DNA of 64,000 bases from Mytilus californianus (Eukaryota), in the NCBI RefSeq assembly GCF_021869535.1, contig NW_026262604.1, forward strand, positions 10,106,001 through 10,170,000. The letters are read 5' to 3'. Position 1 is the stretch's first letter. Each line of letters starts with the position of its first letter. The notes beneath the pieces were generated by a model. It searched no databases. It was given only the letters and a program-made list of their open reading frames with translations, and was not told the origin of the DNA. Below, piece after piece: positions 12,641-23,920 of this stretch. The position numbers were made by a program, and so were the translations under genes.

Positions 12641-15600
12641 CCTATAACTTTTTCACAAAAACCAAGAAAGTGTAACATATTTCATGAAGTTTGCAGAGAA
12701 TCATAATTCCAAATGCCATTAGGCACCTATTTTTGTTGTTGATGGAATTGATGTTTGAGGTTTCCCATATCAGACTTGGAAGAATAGAGGGGAAATTAAT
12801 TTTGTGTATCTATCTAATCGTCTAGTAGACGAGTACCAGAGACGCATTTAGGGGTGCCCAGGGTGCCCGGGCCCCCCTTTTTTAAAAAAAATTTGGTTGA
12901 TTATATAGGGGATCAATGAAGCATGACTGGATCGGGCCCCCTCTTAGGCAGTCAGTGGGCCCCCCACTGAGTACATCTTGTTAATTTGTATGTCCTATTG
13001 ACATTAGATCTAATAAGAAGCAGTTTTCTCAGTAGGTTATAATCTATATAAGTTTGGTACTTTTCCTTCTAAATATTTGGTATAAATTATCTAGATTGTT
13101 CCCTACAATCCAAGTTTGACTATTTTAACAACGGTGACTTTGACAATTGAATTATATAATCATTCAGTTCCTCTTTCCACTTCTTGTTTTACATAACGTA
13201 TTAAAGTATATCTGTAAACTTTGATTTATTAATCAAATGATCTTATAGAAAACACTTCAAAATTTATGAATTAACATTAATTTATGAGTGCCATGACCTT
13301 GACCTTTGACCTTACGATTTGACAATGTGACATAAAATTCAATGTGGTTCTGCATATCACTACGGGGTATGGTAAACCAAAATGAGGTTTTCATTTCATA
13401 TAATTTTGCCTAAAAACGGAAGGAAAAGTTGAATTTTATCAAAAATAGCTATTTTGTTTTTTTGCTTTTTCTGAACTTCACTTATAATTCTCTAATAATA
13501 AAAAGTTTAATGGAAATCTGTAATTTAGTTCTCTTAATTATTAGGATGAAGGTAATGCAGGTGATATTTTCTTTATTAGTCTTTTCCTGCCAAAAATGGA
13601 TAATTGGATTAAGAATGTGAAATATCTTTCTTAAACTAACTATGACCTATATATTCTTTTTAGCTGAACATGCAAAACTATACTTGTGTTTGTTGTAAAA
13701 CAAATTTAAACAAAATCTTATATAAATTGTATCCGTTATTAAAATCTAAGTATGTCAACAGACAACACACAATTTTCCCTATCATTCTTTGGAAAACAGC
13801 AACAAAACCCTCCTTATTTTGGTGGCCTATAAAACGCTTAAATGAACGGTGACCCCATAATTTTATTTCATCATTTCGATCCACTCACTTAAAGGGATAA
13901 AATATCAAGTTTTCAGGAATTTCTTATATAAAGTGTTTGCCTCCTTAATCTTTGCAAAATAACTTCACCTTATATTTTTGTACAATTGTACCGTTAGAAA
14001 TTGGAAAAATACAGTTGAAAGTTCACTTGAGCCGGAAGGAATAATTAATGACTTCCTCCGTGGAGCAATGTGGGTTCATCAGCCGTTTATTTCATATTTT
14101 TTTTTGGACGTTTTAACAAGTGTCTTTTCCGGTGAAAATCACAAATATTTTTTCCGTCACCTCATTTGCATATCAATGCGGATGTTTAGGGGCATTTAAT
14201 CCAATATTTTTTTGAAAGTTGTCGTTTTCTGATTCGGATGCGCTAATCCTTTGGTTGCTTCATTATTTCTTCAATTGTGCCATCAAAAAGCCACGGTAAA
14301 CATTTTATTCAGTTCATAAATGAAACCGCATGCAAATCCCCATTTAGTGTGTGTTTTTTTTTTTTTTCAATTCTATCTTATAAGTCAATTGACCTATGAA
14401 GACGGCCTTCCGTTGACCAATAAAAATCGGGATCCCGTTTCTTACGTCTTAATATCATGTGAGATATCTTGTGCTTGAAGTAAAAGAAATTTGCACGTTT
14501 TCGAAGCTATAAACACAAAATATACTGCAAAACTGAGAAAACTGTTCTTGGTGAATCGGACAAGGTATAGAATGCTTCTAATAAATTATATTTCTCCAAA
14601 TAGTTAAGACCGTGCAAGTCTTTAAACTTGCATTCCCAAGTATGCAGATCATAAATCTAGTAACAACAGGCTGGATAAAAATAAAATATACAAGCTAGAA
14701 AATACATATTTTTGTCAAGTCCTGTAAGTGGTTATATATTGGTATTAAATGGAAAAGGAGTTGATATTTTAACACTTGCACTCCTGAATTTTATCATTCG
14801 CTGGATTCCCTGGCCGAAATCTTATTTGCACGAGCCGTTTGCCTAACCGGAATTAATTTAACATGTGCTACAGCATAAACGACCTCGTAGTTTGATTCAT
14901 TGAACTCCCAGGAACCGTAGCGAATCAGCGGTGACTTTGATAAAATGTAGATAAATAACACAGGTTGAGCGTTCATAAACTTTTCAAAGAGTAATAAGCA
15001 GATTACTTTCAAAACGTGTATCAATAACGTAGGTTGCTTGAGTCGGAAGATATGTTTTTGGCATTGCATCACCGTATATTGCGTTGACTTACATTTGATA
15101 ATATTTCTTAAGCAAAAACGAGTGTTAAAAAGTGCTATTTCTAAGAGCCACTGAATCATTTAGCCTCAAAATCCGTTTCAGTTTTCGTTTTCCTTGTAAA
15201 AATACTTGTAAATCTAGCCTGTCGTTCACGTTGCTTTTTCTGGCCATTTGTTTACGTTTTGGAAAGAAGAAAGATAACTCGAGCTCGATTATCGATAACG
15301 GACAACAACTCTTCCAGAAGAACTATATAATGTTCCCCACGTTGATAAGGGAATTGGAAATAAATTAAACTGCAGCAATAATTGATGACTACTTAACATC
15401 ACTCCAGTAGTGCCTTAATTCTTCCACAAGTGAATAAAATGAAGCTTTCAAATAAAAATCTCAAATTAGACAAAAGGAAATGAAACAAAGAAATGCATTT
15501 TTTTAAGTACTAAATCCATTAAATTTCCAATGAATGTGATCCGTGTTATTGGGGTAGTATAATATACATAAAACAAAAAACATTTAAGCATAAATAAACG

Positions 15601-16539
15601 TACACAAGAAGGCAAACATTCAGCCTTTTCTCAAGAAAAAAGCCTACTGAAAAAAAAAAAAAAAAATGAAAAGAATAAAATAAAATCTAAATTATATAGA
15701 GTCAAAGTAAGTTTATAGTATATTAGACAATATAATATTGATAACTACATATTATTAAACTGATGTTTTTTTATAGAAGCACACACAAATAAGAAAGGCT
15801 GACAATTCATTTTGTTTTATTTTAATGAAAGTTAAATTAGTTAATCACAGTAAAAGTAAGTAAGATTTTTCTACTCGTGATATGCAAACAACTACACAAT
15901 TATTTCTACTTGAGATATGCACACAGTCAGCTGCAAGTCACTGAAAGTTATTGTCAAAAAAAGGAACGGATAGACATTTGAAATATATGTTTTCCTGCAG
16001 AATGCATGCTTTAGTTTTAAAACACATTTATAGAAAACTATACCAGTAAGTAGGTGAGCTGATAGTGTCTCATAACATTTGGAAGTTGTGAGATTTGATT
16101 AATTTTCTTCAGATTATCATGTTGGATTGAATGGGATGGTTTATATCAAAAATCATTTTTCAAATTGAGTGAGAATAATTGAAAGTGAGATTTTTTTGAT
16201 AAATTTTCTGTTTATATTGTTTGGTTGAATGGGAGGGTCTGCCATTAAAAAAAAAATATCAAAATTACTTGAGTGAGGTTATACTATTTCCAGTCTGTTG
16301 TTTAATCGATTGTTTGCCTGACATCCAGCAGCAAGTATTACTTATACTTACATTTAAGCCTAGATATTAATGTAAAATGAAGATTTCCTGCTTTGTACTA
16401 GTGTTATGAAGGAAAAGGGAGGAGGGAGTACTACTTTGTCGAATTGTCTCCCCTTTCCCTCCAAAACGTTAATATTAAACTAAATAACGGGGACGGTCAT
16501 CTATCTATTTGAAACTATTAAGGTCTTCGTGCATTTTGG

Positions 16540-16655
16540 GAATATAGCTTCTTTCGTGGAATCTGGGGAATACTAGCATTTTTCGGGGATTCTAGCTGTC
16601 ACCTGGGGAATTCTAGCTTCTTTCGGTGATCTGGGGAATACTAGCTCACTCATTT
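16540..16655. repeat. Short tandem repeat (ctggggaatactagc units)
   Basis: Four to five imperfect copies of (ct)gggga-at(a/t)ctagc. Confidence 0.75.
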
Positions 16656-18411
16656 CTGGTCTATGTAATACATTCTGTTGATGTGCCCATCTTCTCGGAC
16701 GCTTGTTTTTTCGAGGCCTGGCGCTGGCGAATAAAATACAATATTGTTTTATGATTTATTCTAAACAGCAATCTAAATTGAAGTTGTGATATGTGATCAA
16801 ATTTATTTGAATAGAGAACTTTAATTAAACTTATTCATTTTAATGAAAATCTCTGTTATAAATTTAACTTAAGTTTTTATTATCTAGCTTTATCTATATC
16901 AGAATATAAATTCATACTTAACTTCAATTGAAAATAGTTTAAACTTCTAAAACTTACATACCTGGTGAACAAAATACAATGTTGTTTTATGTTTTATTCC
17001 AAACAGCAATATAAATTGAAGTGTTATATGCAATGTTGGGAGCTTCCCTTTTTAAACCAAACATCACGTGCTGATTGAAACTCTTTTATTCACCTATGAA
17101 ATTTCAGCGCCAATTTTGAATTTTCTTATATTAATTTTTATTGGTCAACTATTCATTTTTTATGTGATAGATTTATATGATAGCATATATTTCATTTAGT
17201 TATGTAAAAGCAATTAACACTTTCTCTCATGAATTATTATTTTTCGCGGAATTTTAAGCCGAAATAAATTATCACGAGACGATTGCCTGACCGGAATTAA
17301 TTTGACAGGTTCCGCGCAAAAATGACTATCGTATGTTTGATCGCTCATTTCTCTGGAACGGATGGAAATTTAGTCTAAAAAATTGACATTCGTAGTCTTT
17401 ATAATAGACGAGTGACATTAACCATAAAATTTTATTTTAAATGCACCCACCTAACATACGGCTAAATCATATACCATTCGAAAGCACATCATCTGCACTA
17501 CCTTTTTTGCCCGGTCGTCAACAAATCGTATGGTGCAGTTTGTTTCTGTGAAATCACAAAGAAAGGTCAAGGACGGACAACTTCTAATTCTACAAGAAAT
17601 CAGCATTTTTTGTATATTCTGTCTTCTGAATAATGATATTTTGTATGGACATATGGAAATCTGTTAGAACAGATGTTAATAGTAACTTATCAAAAGCACT
17701 TTGAAATATTAATGTCGGATTTTTAATAAATAGCGCTGTTTTCAAGAAAATCCATTGAAAATGACAAAAATGCATCAAAATCAAATTTTATGTCTGTGAT
17801 TCAACTGTTATTCACCATAAAACCAAGTAACATATTTTATTTAGTGCTAAGGATGTTTTTGATATCATTAAATTACTGCAATTACGCTTCTTGTTAATTA
17901 AACAGCCAATTATAACAACCATGTAGTTGCCCAAAATACCGCCATCTGCAAGAAAATAGCTTTTTTAGCTGTTCTTTGTTAAAACAATTTGTATGTAGTC
18001 GATATTATGTTGAAAAACACAAATTTTAAAAGTGCAAAAATGTTAAAGGATAGAATACACAGAAAATTCGTGCATTTAGGGAAAAGTTTGGGAGCGAAAC
18101 TTTGATAATTCAATATTTCAATATTTGTATGTTTTCTTGGTTGCTTATACTGCATCTTGCAATGAATGAGGAAGTGAAAACTATTATAACCTAGCCACTT
18201 AAAATTTCTTCATGCCTGGCCAATATATTTAATCCTATCCAACTACGTAATTTCTTGTAAATAAATTGAGACCCTCGCAATTATATTTACTTACATAAAT
18301 TTTTGAATTGGGAAATCTAGCAATTCGCAATAACAATACATGTACATACATTTCCATTAATCAAATTTACTCCCTGAATAGTTTACATATAAATACATTT
18401 TAATATAAAGA

Positions 18412-18570
18412 TGATTGATTGATTGTTGGTGTTTGACGCAATTTTCGGTTTAGAACTTTTGGCTTCTAAATTATTTTGCGGCGATCAGTTTTAAATGGTT
18501 TAGGCCCATGGAATGTCCAAGGAACCACCGACCTTCGGAAAAAAAACTGGCAATCCCCATCAACAATACA
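18412..18570 (-). mobile_element. Degenerate copy of the SINE at 5452-5706
   Basis: gaaccaccgaccttcgg..aaaactggcaatcc and (gatt)n-gttggtgttt are reverse complements of that SINE's core and tail. Confidence 0.65.
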
Positions 18571-20022
18571 TTTGTTATAGCTATTAGTATCAAGGACGAA
18601 TTTAGTCACAACACAAATATACCAATCAGCATTAATCACCTTTTGTAAAAGTAGGCAACCTCTAACCAAACACAGCAGTGTTAATGTTGATGTTTACTTC
18701 AGCTAAATGTTACAAGTAAAGTTTCTTAATAGAAACAAACATACAAATGCATCTGTGTGATATGTGATAAGAGACTTTCTGTTTTGAAATTTCACTCGGA
18801 GTTCGGTAATTTATGTTGTTTTCCTAACTTATTTTGTGCATCAATATCTGAGTTTTAAGTTCTGTTGTCTTTTTTCGCTCAGCTTTGAAATTAATGGTTT
18901 TCTTTTCCTTGATTGAAAGAAGGAATAAAATAATATAGAGGCAGTCTCAAACCATGGTCGAAGAAAAACAGATGACAGCATGACCATGGCGAAAAAGTAA
19001 GACTGACAAACACATCTTCTTAAAACACTATACAGAATTGTGTGAACAATACATAAACCAGTATGGTGATTACAGTTGGTTATGAAGGTTATTCAATCTT
19101 AATTAATCTGAATTATTAATTTTCAGTCATATTTAATAAAACAACTAACAAAGTATATTATAATGGGTTAACATTAAAAGGAATTCGCCGGATTTGACAT
19201 TGAAAAGCAGGGTTCGACACTAACGCTAGTCCGCTAGCCCGAGGCTAGTAAAAATTGGGGAGGGCTAGTAAAGTTTCTATCACAGTAGTCCGACGGGCTA
19301 GTCAAAATTTGTTTAAAACTAGGAATTTCACAAAATTTTAATTGTCAACAAATCCCAGATTTTTTGCTGACCTTTGCTGTCTTTATTGTACAGTTTATTC
19401 ACGTATATATTGATTGTCAGACATTTTTTAACATGAAAGGTACTTTTTGGGGAGGGGAAAGAAACGGAAACAATGATTGTACTTAATACATTGAAAACCA
19501 CGTGTGTTACAAACGCCGTGATGATTCTAATCAGAAACCTGGATCTCAAAAGTGCTTTCATAATATCAAAATAATAACATGAATACGAAATTTACATGTA
19601 TACATTACTACCGATACCATCACTGTTTGGGAAAAATGACATGTACAACTTATTGGGAGGAATTTTAATCCATTTTTTTTAGTAATTGGGAATTTTCTCT
19701 AGGGGAAAAAGCTGTATTTCGAATGTAATTTGAGGCAAACAATATCACTGAATTATTGTCATAAAAGCAAAATTATAGGTCTCTGCAAGGATTTGTATAC
19801 TATACAATTCCTTGGTCTCTGGTAAAAATATACAGATTTTTAGGAATAAAATCTTGTCTTGCAAAAAAAAATAAACTGAAACAACAAGGGAAAAGAAGGA
19901 GTCCATGAAGAATATGACAAAAAACAGCAAGGGCAAACCTTTCCTCTTTTGTGGGTGTATTTTTAAATCCCTAACTTATCCATCTTCATTAAAGACACTA
20001 GTAATAATGATAAGTAATGGAA

Positions 20023-20754
20023 TGTCAAAGATACGCTGAAACCTGAGTTACTATCTTTTATTGCAGACCTCCAGAGAGGGTAAAAAACTGAAAATATACA
20101 AAGATGAAATCTAATAAGCACAATGTTCACAATCGACAATGTTCACAAAATAATGGTACAATTAATATCAACAATGTTCTCCATACATTGAAAAATATGT
20201 CTATCTTATGAAACAACCAAAAAATGATCAAAAAGTGCCATAGAATTACATCTTAGATAACAAAATTATAACACGAAAAGCGTTCCATACACATACTGTT
20301 TTAAGAAAAAATGTACGCCGAAATATATGGCTGTAATGGCGTTCCATACAAAAAATATTTTGACAAACTGACGGAGTAATATCAAAAATCGAGAATTAAG
20401 AAGCTTAAATTGACTAGGACTGGTTTATAATAAATACAGGAATAAAAATAACCATCATATAAACATCGGAATGCTTAATTTAACATGTAAAATCCAAAAT
20501 AAGTGTGACATGAGATATGACTCCTGAGAATCGTTTGAAATCACAATTAAATTCAAAAGGACTGACCTTAGACTTTAAATACGTATATCGGACATACAAA
20601 TGAAGGTTATAAACTACAGTATAACAAAAAACTCACCCCGTGGAGGGTTGAATACCAAAGAAAAGTTTGTTTATCTTTGCCGTGTGGCAGACATCAAAAA
20701 TAAAATTCGAAATAATGACGGACAGATCCGTAATTTCCGGAGTGTGACATAACA
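20023..20754 (-). repeat. Candidate 3' LTR of the BEL/Pao element
   Basis: On the - strand a purine tract AGAGGGGGAG directly precedes TGTT at 20754; AATAAA near 20060 is followed by a TGACA end at 20023. No second LTR is available, so the distal boundary is inferred. Confidence 0.55.
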
Positions 20755-20896
20755 CTCCCCCTCTGATTTCAAAACTGAAATCACCAATATATAAACAAAT
20801 TTGAAAATAACATGAACAAATTATCAATGCAAAATGTTATAAAATGTTCTGACTATCCGAAGATTCAACGAGTTAAAATTATAATCATTAATCTGT

Positions 20897-21111
20897 TTAA
20901 CTTTGTTTTAGTTCCACATGCTCTACCAACATTACTAGTTCGTTGATTGGTCTAACATAACTAACTGCTTTCCCATCACGCACAACACGAATTTGAACCT
21001 TTTTGACTTTCTGATCAAAACTAGGGAATGTCTTTTCAACAATTGCGACTGGCCAATAGTTGCGAGCACATTCACGGTCTCTTAAGAGTACTAACTCGCC
21101 TTCCTTCATAT
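20897..21111 (-). pseudogene. pol: BEL/Pao pol C-terminal segment downstream of integrase
   Basis: MKEGELVLLRD...NYWPVAIVEKTFPSFDQKVKKVQIRV...YVRPINELVML matches the BEL/Pao terminal motif GDxVLxxD..WPLxxVxxxxPxxDGxVRxVx..RPI. Confidence 0.88.
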
Positions 21112-22201
21112 TGTTACGATTTAGTAATCGTATGATTAAATTAATGGATCTCGTGTTGTCCGTAATTTATAGTAGTAATTTTACGAATCAGCTGTTTTGT
21201 TTACGCTTTTACATCGCTGTTTTTTTACGATGGGATTTCACCTCGTACAGAATATTTACGGTTGGTTGGCAGGTACGTTTATGATAGATGATGTGGGAAT
21301 GTGTTTACCTTTTTAACTTACTTATTTTCTTAATATAATAACTTGTGTTTTAGGCGTAATCATCTAAATTCCAACAGTGCCATAATCTATTTACTCGAGC
21401 AGCCATATTAGTTGTGTATTGGCGGTTTATTACACGAGATTGCTTGTTTACATAACAAACGTTTTGATTGGTTGATCTACTGACCCAAAAATTATAAATA
21501 GAAGGTTGATGAAACGAACTTCAGAATTATTCTCATCGTCTGCAAGAGCAGTCACAAAATTAGCTTAGTCGTTTCCATTTTAGTCAACCTGATTTATTAT
21601 AAATATGTCTGAGCCACAGTCAACCTTAAGTCTGGTACGCAGGTTTTAAATGTTTTAAGAAAACTAAACCTTCTGCACATGGCTGTTGTTTGTTTTGCAT
21701 AAGTCAACCTTCAACCTATGGGAAAGTCCCGTCAACCGTTGTTCCACTTAGTCAACCTTCTATCGTTATGATAATAGGAGAGAGGTTTTCTGGAAATCTA
21801 CTTTCATTTTAGCGGAAAGAAATAATATATATATGAATAATTTATTAAATCAACCCTTATAAGTATTTTATACTATCGGCAAAAGAAGGTTGAAAAGTTC
21901 AACCTTCTTCCAAATCAACCTACGGAAACAATCAACCTTAGTGGAATTTCAAGTCAACCTTCCTGACCAATAAATTATAAATGATTACGGCATGTTGTAT
22001 ATCAATATAAATGTATAGCTTGTGATGAATTGTAAATATTTGATTATATAGATGCTACATAAAGTACATCTGAAAGTTATACCTGACTTAGTTATTATTT
22101 CAACTTTATACCAACTCAAAGGATCCATGCAAATTATGTTCGATCGAGCCTCCTTATTCAATTTAACCTACCACTCGGTGTAAAGGGGCGAAATCGTTAC
22201 A
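21112..22201 (+). repeat. Gypsy 5' LTR
   Basis: tgttacgat...aatcgttaca; colinear with 29941-31030 at constant offset 8829, about 14 substitutions counted by eye. Confidence 0.97.
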
Positions 22202-22202
22202 C

Positions 22203-22222
22203 TGGTGTCAGAAGTAGGATTC
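22203..22222 (+). promoter_or_regulatory. Primer-binding site, tRNA-Leu type
   Basis: TGGTGTCAGAAGTAGGATTC one base after the LTR; complementary to the eukaryotic tRNA-Leu 3' end ...CCCACUUCUGACACCA (tRNA sequence from memory). Confidence 0.85.
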
Positions 22223-22366
22223 TATTTAACTTTGAATTTGGTGGTTGAAATGATTATTAAAAATTATACTGAAAAAGCTTTAGTATATTTGATTGATGTT
22301 AAACTGTTTCACTAAATTTTTATAAAAATCTAAATTGAATTAGAAATATCAAAATTTTAGTACATT

Positions 22367-23920
22367 ATGGATGATTCTGGAGAAGTAATTATAGCTATTA
22401 ATCATTCTTTCCAAGAGGAAAATGATGGGGAAATAACCATTCCTTTAGATGAACAGAAGGTTGATAGTGTTGACTGTGCAGAGCAGACAATAAGCCATGA
22501 CAAAGAACAATATTTATTTGTTAATGAATTAAAAAACCTTAAAAGTTTATTCCATGACCAATTAGGGGAGATAACCCATGATTTCTCTAATTGTCAAAAA
22601 GAAGTTATCTGTGCTGTAAATCAGATAAAAAGAGATTTTGAAGATGAAATTTCTTCTATTAAAGGTCGTATAAGCCAAATTGAAGATGATGTACATGAAA
22701 ACAAGAAAAATATTTCTACCATTTATAAAATGATGGAACAAAATAAAGATTTAGTAAATCACAGTAATCACATGAGTGACATGGTAAACACTGAAAACAT
22801 ATCTGAAGTGATATCAGGTGTTGGGCAAGCAGTTCCTGGTGCAAATATTAAGACAAATCAAAATACAGAAAAACAACATCAAAACACAGATAATATTTAT
22901 TTATTTAATAAAGACAAAATGTGTAATGTAAATCAAAACTATGCTGTACTGGATAGACCTCTAGTTCCAAGATTGACCAATTCCCATATCCATTCACCCA
23001 AGTCTAGTAATGTAACCATGAAGCCACAGTTGTATGAGGGAGATGAAGATTTAAATGAATATTTAGCTCAATTTGAAATTTTAGCTGAAATAAATGGTTG
23101 GAATTATGCAACCAAATCATTATATTTGGCTGGTAGTTTAAAAGGGAGAGCAAGAGCTCTGTTAAATGAACTAGATAAAGAGTCTAGAAAAGATTATGAT
23201 AGTTTGGTTAAAGTTTTGGACAATAGATATGGTTCAGCTGAAAAATCCGAATTATTTAGAGCAAAACTCCAGACCCGTATGAAAGGGAAAGAAGAAAGTT
23301 TACCAGAGTTAGCTCAGTCAATTAAGAAATTGACTAGGCAAGCTTATCCAAGTGCCCCATCCACAATAACTAGTGTATTAGCACTAGAACATTTCATTGA
23401 TGCTTTACCAGATGCTGATCTGAGACTAAGACTTAGGGAGTCTAACCCTAAATCTATACATGAAGCAGAAACACTAGCTGTAAGATTAGAGACCTTAAAG
23501 TTAGCGGAGAGACAAAAAGGGCGCATGGTTAGACAGGCAGATACAGTTCATAATGAGAATAATACAATTAATACAGAGTTGAACAATGACAAGGGGGAGG
23601 ATTTTAAATCATTAAGGCACGAGTTGTCTGATTTTAAGAAGGAACTGGTATCTTTAACTAGAGATATTAAGGGTATGTCCCAAAACCAGAATAGGAATAG
23701 CCAAGGGGGAGGTAATCAACAGAGGAATTATCAAAATAGCCAGAGAGGATATAATAACCAGAATAAGAATTTTGTTCAGGGAAACAGATATTTTAATCAA
23801 AGAAATAATAATTTTGGTCAAAGTAGGCAGAATCAACCTAATTACTATCAACAGGGAAACCATTTGAGGTCAGACTCAGGGATCGGAGCCAGGCCAAGTC
23901 AGAATGGCCCAAATCGATAA
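22367..23920 (+). CDS. gag: Gypsy Gag, 517 aa, uninterrupted
   Basis: Capsid-type segment KPQLYEGDEDLNEYLAQFEILAEINGW...LAGSLKGRA...RMKGKEESLPELA...EHFIDAL; N-terminal heptad-rich region; Q/N-rich C-terminus. Confidence 0.92.
   Translation: MDDSGEVIIAINHSFQEENDGEITIPLDEQKVDSVDCAEQTISHDKEQYLFVNELKNLKSLFHDQLGEITHDFSNCQKEVICAVNQIKRDFEDEISSIKGRISQIEDDVHENKKNISTIYKMMEQNKDLVNHSNHMSDMVNTENISEVISGVGQAVPGANIKTNQNTEKQHQNTDNIYLFNKDKMCNVNQNYAVLDRPLVPRLTNSHIHSPKSSNVTMKPQLYEGDEDLNEYLAQFEILAEINGWNYATKSLYLAGSLKGRARALLNELDKESRKDYDSLVKVLDNRYGSAEKSELFRAKLQTRMKGKEESLPELAQSIKKLTRQAYPSAPSTITSVLALEHFIDALPDADLRLRLRESNPKSIHEAETLAVRLETLKLAERQKGRMVRQADTVHNENNTINTELNNDKGEDFKSLRHELSDFKKELVSLTRDIKGMSQNQNRNSQGGGNQQRNYQNSQRGYNNQNKNFVQGNRYFNQRNNNFGQSRQNQPNYYQQGNHLRSDSGIGARPSQNGPNR
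23854..23860 (+). promoter_or_regulatory. -1 ribosomal frameshift slippery heptamer G GGA AAC (gag to pol)
   Basis: Correctly phased X XXY YYZ in the gag frame; the -1 frame from 23860 is open (PFEVRLRDRSQAKSEWPKSIKINESL) into the protease LVDTGA motif. Confidence 0.8.

Noticed and set aside
14794-15368. ORFs of 121 aa (-) and 78 aa (+) in a CpG-richer patch
   Set aside because: No recognisable motifs or splice structure; probably part of an unclassified repeat (a ~60-bp block recurs near 17260)
18466-18669. 67-aa - strand ORF that looks exon-like
   Set aside because: Overlaps a degenerate SINE copy; no splice or protein support
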